From Glycera tridactyla (lineage: Eukaryota), in assembly GCA_965644265.1 (NCBI GenBank), contig OZ286465.1, forward strand, positions 70,804,001 to 70,868,000: DNA of 64,000 nt, in the 5' to 3' direction. Below the pieces are notes generated by a model that saw only the letters and a program-made list of their open reading frames with translations, had not been told where the DNA came from and ran no database searches. Below are positions 26,830-38,863 of this stretch, piece by piece; position 1 is the first letter of the stretch, and the number at the start of each line of letters is the position of its first letter. The position numbers were made by a program, and so were the translations under genes.

Positions 26830-28617
26830 ACTATGATGACTGTGTTGGGGTTATTCACAATTTTCTGGTTCACCTCTGCTAGGACTGTGTCTAGGTCTTT
26901 GAGATGTCGTGTTTGTGAGATAGGAGGTCGTTAGAATGCACCAAGTAATAGGGTTCTTTGGTTTTTGTGATCTCCGTTGGAGATCACTATGCTACCACCT
27001 CTCTGCTCGAAATGCTTTCTAACTTCGCCGATTCTGACTCTTGAGGCCAATATAATCAAACAAATCTTGATCGGATCTGTGTAAGAGGATCGAATGATCT
27101 GAACTGACACAGTTTAAGATGATTTATTGACCTGATGAACGACAATTTGAAGAAATGTAGCGATTACGTAATACAAAATTCTCCCAACTCTCGTTTTTGT
27201 GGCCGATTACCGAAGCACACAGATACGATCGCTGAGAGATGTATAACTGCGCACAAATAGTAAATGCATGCGAGTTGCAGAAAAATAGTTCTCTGCAGGC
27301 GAGGCAGCGTATTAATATAGAGGCTAATAGGACATGGTGAATGTATGTCTATCTGTCTGTCTGTCTGTCTGCTCGGATCTGTATAGCTGTGCACGAATAG
27401 TGAATGCGTGTTTTGGTTGATAAGATAGTTCGTAGGGAGTGAAGTAGTGCTTCTTCTTCGCATCTCATTACCAGGTTTCATGGATTACTGCGCCAATTCA
27501 TGAATGGAATAGTAGATAGCATGTGTAAAACCAGCCAATCAGAGATCAGCACTCGCGCAAATGACAGCGATTCGACGAACTTTTTGCAATGGATTATAAC
27601 CATAAGACAAATCCACTGGTGGCTCGCTCATGACTCGCTACCTCAAATTCCTGAAGAAGGGCTTGTCACTATCTGCCAAGTCTCACCGGAGATCACTCAG
27701 CACAGCTTTGTGCTCTTGTTTCAGTGTGACCTTGGCCCATGCTAGCTCACAGGAGACCTGCTCTACAAACTGCACCAACTCAGGTTCATATTTAGATTTC
27801 ATGGCCACCAGTACTCCGCCACCTGCTGTGTTCCTATCCTTCCTGAAAAGCTTGTACCCATGCTCTCTGGTAGAAACTCAGCCGAGTGGATATCACCATT
27901 TATTTTGGTTTCACTGATTAGGATACTATCTGGGTCTGTGCTGACTATCAAGTTTTTTAGGGCAGCAGATTTGCTTCTGATCCCATTTGCATTGATAACC
28001 AGATTGTGCCAGTTATGCTTTTTGTGTGGAATTTGGGGGTCTTGTGACGAAGACATAGAATTGGTCGCTGAGATCCCAGATCTTGAGCTCGAGGTAGCTC
28101 TACTCAAGTTCTGGCTAATGTCACTGCAAGGGGGCTGTCTGCAAGGGAGCATGTTTGGGCTGCTGTATCTAACTGGGCTAAATACAGAATCTAGGGATGG
28201 GAGAGACACATTTGCGGAGTCAAGGCTATTCAAGGGGTGGTAGACATTCGATAGCTCAAACTGGTACCAAACATCACATGATTCGCACATTACTGCTTCC
28301 TGCTCCCACTCTACAGGCCTCTCACAGTATCCACAGGGGAAGATAGAGCAAGCTCGTGGACCCGGGTTGCTTCGGATGTCCCCACACATAAGGATAAGCA
28401 CCAAGTTGGTGATAGGATGAGTGGATATGGGTTCATGAGGAGATGATGGATTGTATATGGAAAGTGGAGAACCATATATAATGTTTCTGTCATCATGGCA
28501 CGAGCCAGTGAGCTGAAGCCCATTGTCAAAGAATGACGTGGTAGCTGTGACACATGGCTCATATTGGGCAGGATGTTTCCAATCTAGTATTGGTAACAAG
28601 TTATTATGGTCAGTCAA
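26830..28617 (-). pseudogene. LINE 5' coding fragment: 2A-like peptide, partial PHD finger and APE endonuclease, split by a HINE
   Basis: LILMCGDIRSNPGP, then CGYC...VMCESCDVWY (PHD), INANGIRSK...ISETK, and after a frameshift GYKLFRKDRNTAGGGVLVA...KVTLK. It resumes after the 26962-27720 insert as NQRTLLLGAF*RPP...NTVIIVAD. Confidence 0.85.
26962..27720 (-). mobile_element. Helentron-associated (HINE/Pearl-like) non-autonomous element inserted in the APE fragment
   Basis: Starts AACAAGAG. 10-bp subterminal inverted repeat GTGATCTCCG at 27687-27696 and 26967-26976. Internal (GACA)n, 3' hairpin 26967-26987, then an A-run. Removing it restores KVTLK-NQRTLLLGAF. Confidence 0.7.
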
Positions 28618-28619
28618 TG

Positions 28620-29030
28620 GCAGAGGGTTTGAAACATAACAATTTTAGAAGGATGCCATGGTGAACAGTGTCGAAGGCTTCAGCGAGGTCCAGGAAGACC
28701 ACTCCGCATGCATTTCCAGAATCCATATTGGTATGAACGGTGTTGCAGAAGTCAATGAGGCATGAGGAAATGGAGTGATTGTTCCTGAAACCTGACTGTG
28801 CTTGTGAAAGAATTTAGAATTCGATTCAGATAGGCGTGACATTGGATATGATTGACACGTTCAAGAATTTTACTTGAGGCTGGTAGGATGGATATGGGGA
28901 CATTCTTAGTCGCATTAGAAAGTGGTCCACTTTTGTGAAGACTGATGAGAATGTAGCTTCTTTCCAGGGAGAGGGAAAATTATGAGTTCTAATGATGAAA
29001 TTTATAATGTCAAGAATCAAGGGTCTCTAT
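28620..29030 (-). pseudogene. L2/CR1-group RT fragment
   Basis: FPSPWKEA, then across frameshifts GFRNNHS...MDSGNACGVVFLDLAEAFDTVHHGILL. Confidence 0.8.
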
Positions 29031-30859
29031 AGATGGCAGCCACCAATGGGAGCCGGACATTTACTTTGATGCATTGTCATTAGCAATGATAGTCATGAGT
29101 TGTAGCATCATCCCTTCTTGTTTCTCTCAATAACTTTTGGTGAGGGGGTTGAAGGAAAACTTTACTTCAAAGTTATCTTTCATCTGTCTTTAGGCATTCT
29201 CCACCAAATTTCAAAATCACCTCTTTTCTATCTCTCTAAGCTATGCAAAGGCTGGAATAAGGTGAAGTGAGGGTTATCCAGTAAAATTCAGAAAATCTAT
29301 GTTTCCTAGATTTTCTGGAAATCTTGTGATACCCTGCTTTCTTCCCCGCTATGTTAGTACCCCATACTACTGACACTACTCAGGTAATCATGGTAACAAC
29401 AATAAACGAGATCAAGGGAACTTGTGTAGAATCGACAATACTCAACCCTCTCCACTATGATGCACTGTAGCGAGAAATCATGTGGTATTGTCCAGACAAG
29501 TTATATACCATGAATTATACTGAAAAATACACACCTCGTGGTGTATAACTTCTCGGGACAACACCCTATGGTTTCTTGCTCATATACTAATTGAAGGCTG
29601 TTAGCTTATGTTAGTGGAATTCAGTCTATTTGTTGATTCCATTCATCCCATCATGAACCCCTTGTATGAAATATAAGGGAGTTACAATGAAAAACAAACA
29701 TGAACAAATAAGCAGAATTTCACTCAAAATGAGCTGGGGATCTGAAACTAGTCTTTTTAAACAGGGCAGATCACGGGAAATCTATTAATGTATTTCGTGT
29801 GTGCGTAGAGCCTAAATTCATGACATGCAATCAAAAATTGAATGGACTGGGATTCATTTTACGGGCAGTTTAGCCACCAGCCGATCGTGATGGAACATGT
29901 CGGCAGTAGAAAAGGTCTGTGTACCCGTGGTCCTGATGAGTTATATTCCATGCCCTTATATTCAAGGCACCCTCGGGCTAATCATGGTATATTATGAATG
30001 TGAAAATAGGCAAGATAGGTCAACCTTCAATCCTTGGTTAAATGAGGGTGTTTTCATGCATGACTGACAAGCAGGCTTTTAGCCAGCCATAAGCCCTTGA
30101 GCCATTTGAGCTAGAACTTTTTGGTTTCGGCTCATGAAATCTGGCTGGGAGGATGAACTTCTAGATTTATGAGCCAAGGTATATGGCAAAAATTGATGAT
30201 ATTCATGATGAATTCTACAAAATACCTGCTGAAACCACTGTAAAACAAGTACTAATGAAAGAATGCATGCTATACTGAGGTAAATTATGCAGTGACTGGT
30301 GATTCAATGATTTGGTTGAATTTGGATAATGTCATTTTTTGGGTACAAATGGCTAAACCCCTGCTGACAAGCACTATTTCAGGTAATCCAGGTAACCATG
30401 ATGACAGGTTTTTGAGATAACTGATACTGGCTCCTTGACACCCACCTTTCCACTGTCAAAGGGGCTACATCAAGGTAACATGGTAACTAGAATAATATAT
30501 TTTGGTGCGGACTGATGCCAGTTCTTTGCCCCCGACCTCTCCAACTATGACATATGGGAAAATCGTCAGGATCGGACAACCTTAATATTTTGGTGAAATT
30601 TGATTGTTTTCACTGCCAGCAGGGCAGAGAAATAGACTAACACCGGCCCACCAGCCAAATGCAGGTGAATTTTCAGGAGGGCCAGTAAATTTTGAAGTTT
30701 ACCTGCCCACATGGCTGGCAATTTTTTTTTCTGAAAAAGAGTATAAGATGTATTTGATTATTGTTTATGGGTTAGTAGATTTAGAAGAGGGCTGGTAGAA
30801 TCCAGAATTTATCTGCCCTCTTGGCTGGTGGGTAGTCACACTTAGTCTAGAAGACTGCA

Positions 30860-31560
30860 GGGGCTATTTCAGGTAACCATGATAACCGAAATAATTGTTT
30901 TTTTTTAGCAAACTGATGCCTGTTCCTTGCCAGCAATCTCTCCAACCATGATATATGCGAAAATGGTCAGGATCGGATGAACTAAAAGTTTTTGGGAAAT
31001 TATGGTGTTTTCACTGTCAATAGGGGCTATTTCAGGTAACCATGGTTACCGGAATAATGTTTTTTTTTTCAAACAGATGCCAGGAGCTTGCCCTCCACCA
31101 CTCCAACTATGATATATGTGAAAATGGTCAGAATTAGACAACCTTCATTTTTCGTTGAAATTTCGGTGTTTTCACTGCTGATGGGGGCTATTTCAGGTAA
31201 CCATGGTAACCAGAATATTGATCTTTTGAGAAAACTGGTGCCGGATCCTTGAACTCCACCCCCCCCCCCCCCCCCCAAACATGATATATGTCAAAATGGT
31301 TAAGATTGGACAACCTTCAATTTTGGGTGAAATTTTAGTGATTTTGCCCCAGACTGCTGCTACTTCATGTATCCATGGTAACCAGAATACTAAATTTCTG
31401 GGGGAAAAAATGCCACATCCTTCAATCCCATTTCCCAGGCTATGACATATGTGAAAATGATCCAGATCAAACTCTGTTTGATTCTGGGTGAATTTTCACT
31501 GTTCCTACTATGAAATATGGCCAACTTTGTGTTTCCATGGTGACCAAACCCATGCCTTTT
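30860..31560 (+). repeat. About 163-bp tandem repeat, roughly 5 copies, subterminal in the 10.1-kb element
   Basis: Units start GGGGCTATTTCAGGTAACCATGG at about 30860, 31023 and 31184, with diverged units near 31356 and 31520. Further copies lie near 29375, 30375 and 30461. Confidence 0.85.
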
Positions 31561-31837
31561 TGACAAAAAAAGGCCAGATTCTGGAAGCTCATCTTACAAA
31601 GTACCAGTCATGCGAAAATCAAGCAAATCAGCAATGATTTATTTTTTGGTCAATTTTGGCCCTGGAAGCTGAAAAATTGGCATGTTTAACAGTTGCCTAG
31701 CAAACAAAATAATTGCCATACAGCAAAATTACATGGAGATTCATGACCCTCAGACCAGGGCCAACACAATAGGACAAAAAACCCAAAATGACCAGACGAA
31801 AAAAAATTGGCCAAAATTTAATTCAAGGGGGATAGGG

Positions 31838-31892
31838 TTAATCACAGCAAAAGGTGGTCTTAATAGACAGGTGGTTTTTATAGACAGGTTGC
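31838..31892. mobile_element. Continuation of the split MITE B copy
   Basis: TTAA-TCACAGCAAAAGGTGGTCTTAATAGACAGGTGG continues the family consensus (compare 21073 and 39782). Confidence 0.7.
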
Positions 31893-32599
31893 CCACAGGA
31901 TGAAGAACTATACTGAAGGTACAGCTAGGGGTGGGCATTATTCATTCATTTAATTTGTTGCCCGTCTATTCTGCCAGAATTGCTCAATATGGAGCTTTAT
32001 TCTTGGTTTGAAGTCTGAATAATGGATTTCCATCACAGTGATTGGCAAATGTTGAGTGGTTTTGGCTGCTTTATCAGCTGCTTCATTTCCAAGAATTCCT
32101 ATATATCTTGGAATCCAACAGAAATGGATTGTTTCCTGATGATCTCAGATTATCTGATATTCCTCCATGATTTGCAAGCAATTCTTAAGATTTTCTTGTG
32201 AGGCCTGTAGAGATGATAGAGAATCTGTGAAAAATTCAATTTAATAATCTTCAATTAACCTCAAAAATTAGTATACAAATATCTATAAATGGGCAATCAG
32301 GTAATCTACAGTAATAGGTCTGTGACTGTGTGTAGACTGTTGCAGATGCCTTCCGGACATACCATCAGTGAAGATTCTTTCATGATCACCATAGAGGGAT
32401 CCAATCTTAAGGTGCTCACATTTGTACAAGGAAGGCTTGGTGGTCCCCTTATGTGTTCTAGGCCAATTCCTGGTGAATTGGAAGTATGTCACCGTTCCAG
32501 TCTACAATCTGAGCCACCAACAATTTCAACTTAGGAGCCAGCCGTCTCCTAAATGTTCTGGCAAACATGGCTGCCTCCAAGAAACCTCCCTTTGAGGTT

Positions 32600-32765
32600 C
32601 AAGAGACAGTACATCCATCTGGACCAGAAACCTCCTTATCTCCAGACAGAAGGACAGATGGATGGATGAACGAGCAAACGAGCAAACAAACAGACAGACA
32701 AACGGACGGACAGGCAGAGCAAAAGATAGCAAGAAAACAAGTTTGTGAGAAACCACAGGTTTCAC
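32600..32765 (+). mobile_element. Probable 3' part of a HINE-like element
   Basis: Degenerate GACA/GGAT/GGAC microsatellite followed by a short hairpin-like end. Confidence 0.35.
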
Positions 32766-35389
32766 AATGCTGTGCTTTTACGTCATGGTACGACGTCGTC
32801 GCAGGGGAGTATAGATCATGCTACTCCCTAGCGTTTTATGGTGTAATAGGATGCGAGCTGCACTACAGATGTCGCAACAAGCACTTTACGCATGGCCATA
32901 ATCATATTTCTCACTCTCTCTCCAATGGCGTCTTCTGGTCTACAGTTTTACAATGTTACTTGCTCATTCTGTTACATGCATTCAGGCACTGCCATAAATA
33001 TCTGACTCAGCCTCTTCTGAACAGCACTTTCGAGTCTGGGGATGGACTAATCAAGCTCCAGTCAAATAGTGACCATGCAGCCAATCTAGAAATTGAATTC
33101 AGGCCCCCCCCCCCCCCCTTGTTAAAATGAGGGTGTTTTCAAGAAAATAGGAGCTCTCTTGGAGGACATTTTTCCAGACAATGCCATTATGTTTTGAATA
33201 AATGGAAAAAATGAGATTGGTAGTGTAGCCAGGTGAAAACACTTACCTAGGAAACAGAATCTACAATGTCATTAAAAAGCATCAATTGGGCTTTCTGATG
33301 AGATGAAATGCGCCCCTCCATCCAGAAACAAGGGGCGTGAGATTTTTCTGTGACTAACATTACATATTCTCAGAAGAATGGAATGATTCCTCAATTTTGA
33401 AAGTTTATCCTGTTTTCAGATTTCCAAATATTTCCAGGAAATTAACTCCACTACCATGATGGTATTTTCTACAACAACCAACCACTCTATGGAGATCGCC
33501 TCTCAACAAAGACCACTTTTCAAGGTAGAGAATATTCATTAGAGAACGTTTTTTTCAAAGAAGTTATCTGTTTGTGTGTAACATTCATCTCTTTTCCTCG
33601 CTCTGAAATCGATAAATTCTCCGCAGGAATAGATTATATGTAGGAATATCAAATTATCCCGAGGAATGACTTGTATCAGAGATAATGAAATTGGACAGGG
33701 GATCATATAATTTTCCTTCAATATAGAGAGGATTTGATGTTTTGCTGAATGCAATGTATCCTATACATAGAACACAATTTTATCTACAGTTTCACACAAC
33801 CATAATCTGCTGGCACTGAACCAATCATGAATTGCAGCTACCAAAAGAGTTCAGTCTTTTTGAAATTTCACAAGTCTTTACAGAATGATTCAGATTTTTC
33901 CATGGTACAGTTGAAGCTCTGCATTTGACTCAAGTGTGAATGGATATTTCACCTAACTTGAGATAGATTACAAAGGGCTCATCCCGTTTGGTCAACTTTG
34001 TGTTCCAGCTTGCATACAATGAAACTTATGAAGGACTGCCCCACATACCATCAAAAAGCTGTCCCAAATGAGGTGGTCAGAAAATATATTTTCTATGGCA
34101 AATAGAAAAGCTATCTGAGACAGTTTGTCTCCCATCTGAGATGGTCCCTCACCACAGGGTCCTCCCCAAAATGTTGAGAATGATTTAAGGAATATAGCTC
34201 TTTGAAGGAAGGTAATGGTGAAGCTGGGATTACTTGTGCGGATACCAGAGCATGATCTATCACATCTACATATTCTCATATTATATTCAACTTTATGAGC
34301 CTTTGTTCAATTTTATGGGCTAAATCCCACGGGGCACACAGTACAGCCATCTCCATCTCTCTGACATTCAGTTGTCTGCTATCACCATCGATATGCAGCA
34401 TTAACCTGGCTAAGACCATACAACAATCAAACCTACAATAAAAGACCACCACCAAAAAGTGGTCTTTCAATAAAGGTGGTCTCTCATCAGAAGTACCCTG
34501 GTCTCTTGAGGCTAGGATTTGCCTTGAAAGTTCTCATATGCACACTTTCTCACAATATTGCCCACCTTCCAAAATTGATTGCTGACTAAGCATAAAACTT
34601 TCGTCATCCCCCCAAAAGTGTGTGAAGTCATTGAAGGCAACAGAGAAAGTTAGCTATACTATCATGCACTTAGAAAACTGAATATGTAGGCACTTTTTGA
34701 TGATTTCACATGGGCCCTTGTAGCACACATTCATTTCCGGAATTTATAAAATGCCCATCTTCACTATCTGATCAGACATTCCACTCTTTCTCCGGTGAAG
34801 CACACTTCCTTCAATGGGACAAGATCACAGAGAAGATGGATGGCAACCAAATTTAATAATGATGTCAGTTTTCAACTGTTATGATGGAATTATTTGCAAT
34901 GATGAAATGAAGAGGATGCTGAAAATCTTGAAGTGAAATTATGTATAGTTTGGGGTTGGAAAAATTAGGATTATCCCAAAATCATAATGGCTGCAATCTC
35001 TGCAGTATATTGGACCAAAGATAAACATGGAAGTCGTCATCAGATGTGCTCTGTCGCCAGGGATATCTCATCACATTCTTCGCCAAGGTGATCTCACACC
35101 CGGATCTTACTGAATTTCAAACCAGAAGGTCAGTGAAGGAAATGCTATGTTTCTTGAAACAAGCTTTCTTGATGCTCTCTGCTCTGTTCATATATTTGTC
35201 AGCATTGCAAAACCAATTTTCAAATAATGTTGTAGCATCAATTGCAACTCGTCATCTCTCTGGATTTACATCTATCTATCGGTCCAGAGAAGTATTTTTG
35301 AAGCTCTGAGTGGAGACTGTCTGCTTGCAAAAGTGTGACATATCAAACAAATATTTCATATCAAAGTTGTTCTTTTGAGTGGATACATT

Positions 35390-35503
35390 GTAACCTGTGA
35401 TGCGAGACCGCCCTAAATGTCACAAAAAGTAGACTCTCAAAACAGGCGGTCTCTCGTCGGAGGTGTATGCATATATTCATGGATATATTCATTTATATAT
35501 TTG
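35390..35503. mobile_element. MITE family A, left-half fragment
   Basis: AACCTGTGATGCGAGACCGCCCTAAATGTCAC matches the 49213 copy. A similar fragment lies at 38512-38580. Confidence 0.6.
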
Positions 35504-35839
35504 ACTATAAATATATAGAAAAGTTGCCCTGCAGTTGCAGAAGTGGTGTCCTGTCAGAAGTGGTGGGGTTCATTGTGCATATATTTTGCTTCCAGTGCTG
35601 AATCGTGTACCCATGCAAGTAATCCTGACAGACCAGTAGAAGGGGACGGGTGACGTGAATGTCCTCATTCCTCTCATTCCGAGGTAATCCTGTCTTCGGT
35701 GACATTTCATTATTCACCTGCCAAGCGTCTCCGCCAATCCCAACAGAAACACAAATTAAAGCTCGGGATTAGCGTAAGACTGTCTGCTAACTACACGCAG
35801 ACAATTATAGGAGTTGAATGCTTGCATGTACAGCCACAG

Positions 35840-36300
35840 AGGGAGCCATACACCAGCTGGAACCCTCACAGCATGCTCCTGGTCAATGAAACCTGGATGT
35901 TCTGTCCCCAGCTGGCATCACTTACACAAACCCTGAACAATATATGATGGGGAACATGAAAGTTTGTTGAAGTAGCTGACAGTGAAAGGTTGTGGAAGTA
36001 GCTGACAGTTAAGACACACCTCTACCTAATCTACATAAACAAACTAAACCTAATGATGGAATATTTATTTGTTTGTTTGTTTGTTTGAGGTTTAACAGCA
36101 TGTATCAACCCACAGGATTAAGTATGCCATGTGTTCATGGTCAATGAAAGGAGAGCTGGATGTTATGTCCCCTTGAGGCATCACTCACACAAACCCTGAA
36201 CAAAAGATGATGGGAACCTGAAATGTTGTCATGTGGAAGTAGCTGACAGTTCAGACACACCTCAGTCTACTTTACTTGAACATATCAAACCTATTGATGG
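35840..36300. repeat. Two adjacent copies of a SINE-like dispersed repeat
   Basis: Shared GGCATCAC...ACAAACCCTGAAC...GATGGG and GTAGCTGACAG. (TTTG)n precedes the second copy. Related sequence at about 5070-5180 and 16125-16230. Confidence 0.5.
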
Positions 36301-36604
36301 CATATCTAACTATGTAACTGGCTGGAAGCTGACACTTATGCCAGATAGCAATACATCAAAGGTGGCATCGAGACCCACATGAGTACCAGAAACACACAAA
36401 TGAGAAATACTTAGATTACATGTACTAGCATGTTTGACTGTAGTCAAACATAATTCGATGTATAGTGGAACCTGCTCTGGAGGTGGCAGAACTTCAGAAT
36501 TTCTGACAGGTCAGTGGGCCCAAATGACCCATGAATTGAAAATACCATGGGCCATAATTAAAAAGGATGGGTCATCCTACATTTATCAACGGTTAAAAAC
36601 TACA

Positions 36605-37853
36605 AAACAAGGCATAAATGCACAAATGGCACGCATGTGCGCCGCTAATTTATCCAAGCAGCTGAATCTAGCAAGCATAATCTTTTGCTCCAAGCATTTT
36701 CAAGTAATTGCAGTAACAAGGTCATGACCTGGGAGATGGAGATCAAGGTCACTCACCATTTTATGGGCTTCTTTTGCTTTCAATTGTGCATATATGATGT
36801 AAATCTGGTGAATGTAGCTCCAAGCGTTCTCATGTCATTGGAGTAACAAAGTATTTTTAATGTCAAGGTCATGACCTTGAAGGTGAAGGATGAGGTCAAC
36901 CACATTTGATGGGATTATCCCCATTCATTGGTACATATCTGGAAGAAATTTGATGGATGTAGCTTGAAGTTTTCAAAGTCAAGGTCATGACCTGAAAGAT
37001 GGTCAAGGTCACTGACATTTGATAGGCTTCTTTTGCTTTCAGTGGTGCATATATGGTGTAAATCTGGTGAATGTAGCTCCAAGCGTTCTCATGTTATTGG
37101 AGTAACAAAATATTTTGAATGTCAAGGTCATGACCTTGAAGGTGAAAGTCGAGGTCAACCACATTCGATGGGATTGTCCCCCATTCATTGGTGCATATCT
37201 GGCAAAATTTGATGGATGTAGCTTGAAGTTTTCAAAGTCAAGGTCATAACCTTGAAAATGAAGGTCAAGGTCACAGGCATTTGATAGGCTTCTTCCGCCC
37301 CTGCCATTGCCCCTCTCACTGCCACCGCCCCCCCCCCACCCCATCCAATGGCCACTCGCTGCTGCCCCCACCCCCTGCCCTGCCCACCACAGTTTCATCA
37401 AGAGATCAGACAGCTCTGCTTATATGTGGAAAGACTCCACTCGGTGCAAAGACAGTTATATAACCGAGGACGAAATGTGACAAGGCTCCATTCAGAGGAC
37501 CGGCAGTGTCATTACATAACAGCCTCAGTAATAGACATCATATAGTCCACTCTTTCCTATTCTGCTGGTAGAAAGTTGCTTTAAAATTCAGGATTCCAGC
37601 CTGAATAACTCATCTTCCATGAAAGTCATTGGAACAATATTGATACCCAGTATTTTGCCGCTCATGATCTTTATGATTGCAAAATTTCAGAAATATTGCT
37701 TGATTAGTTACAGAGTAGTAGCTCAAAGAAAAACTTTAACCAAAAACTTTAACCAGGAAGTTTACGCCACACGGCCAAACGGCCGGACGGCCGGACTGAC
37801 AGAATCTGCGCCATTACATAGACACGCATTTTGCTCCGCATGCGTGCCAAAAA
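36605..37853 (+). mobile_element. HINE/Pearl-like element with dimeric core repeats
   Basis: Starts AAACAAG. Perfect subterminal IR GGCACGCATG (36628-36637) / CATGCGTGCC (37839-37848). AAGGTCATGACC core units start at 36718, 36865, 36981, 37124 and 37240. GGAC-type microsatellite, 3' hairpin and AAAAA end. Confidence 0.8.
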
Positions 37854-37856
37854 CAG

Positions 37857-37912
37857 GGCCAGTGGACCCATAATAGGTCATAGCAATGGGCCGAAAATGT
37901 GGGCCACTGGCC
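37857..37912. mobile_element. Minimal Harbinger-like remnant
   Basis: Near-perfect IR GGCCAGTGG(A)CCCA / TGGGCCACTGGCC flanked by CAG on both sides. Confidence 0.4.
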
Positions 37913-38863
37913 CAGGCCCACCAGAAATCTGAAGCTCTGCACCAGGTGGTTTCTTGAGCAGCTTAGACTATAGTTGAACATAAATGAATGTACACTGGAA
38001 CCTGCTCTGAAAACGAACAGGCACCTGAGCTTGACCGCCCGATGACCCATGCAACACAAGGTGATCCTCAAAATGTAGCTCATGTTTCTGTTGATAAGAA
38101 GTTGGACACTTGATAATTGTGTGATGTACCTCATACACTTTAAGAATACAAAAATATTTCTCATGGGAATGGGTAGTCAAGTTGAGCAAGCCGTTTCCGA
38201 AATGGCGTGAAGGGATCTTGACGCTGCCAACAGAGGCTGTCACATAAAGTAACACTCACTTCTCAATCGTGGAAGTTTGCATGAGAGAAGCCTAGCTTTT
38301 AAAATCTCACCCCATCCACCCAAGGAAATGCATTAACAAGTGACAGCCTTGACACTGTCTTCATATCACCACAATCCACCGATTATGGAATATGCAAAGT
38401 TTGAAGCCAACGTTTTGAGCTTATCTGCGTAATGGGTAGAGTAGGTATCAACTGAAGTTTACTAACTTGAAGTTCATGTTCCACCACTGCAGTTTACAAA
38501 TATTCAGGTTTACAGTGAAACCTCCGATAAAGAGACCACCCTAAATGTCACTGAAATGTGGTTTCTCCAAAGAGGTGGCAAGTTTCAAAATAAAAGATTG
38601 GCGAAACTTCATCAGATTACCATCACCCATAAGTTTTTTTTCATCTAGAAAACAAGAAAAAAACATTTGTTCACCATAAACATGAAAAAAAAAAGAATTG
38701 CCATACAATACATCAGTTTTTTTTTTTACAATCCAGGTGTTGTCTAGACAATATGTTAGAAAACTGAGTCATTACTCCAGTCTCATATAATCCTGACCAT
38801 GTTGTTGAGACATTAAGCTTTACCAAACCGATCATTCAATCAATCAATCAATCAATCCCCATC

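Larger units (their letters stand above)
22040..26830 (+). repeat. Patchwork modular repeat region
   Basis: Module GTGGGG(A/C)TG...GATCAAGTGATCATG...GTCAGC at about 22050, 22812, 23180, 26222 and 26750. Module CAGTTT(A/G)GGG...AAAAGAAT at about 22410, 22935, 25713 and 26345. Confidence 0.8.
21698..31837. mobile_element. 10.1-kb piggyBac-like non-autonomous composite element
   Basis: TTAA at 21694-21697 and 31838-31841. Imperfect TIRs CCCTATAGCCCTTAAA versus CCCTATCCCCCTTGAA match at 13/16. The flanks rejoin into one MITE. No transposase ORF was recognised inside. Confidence 0.75.
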
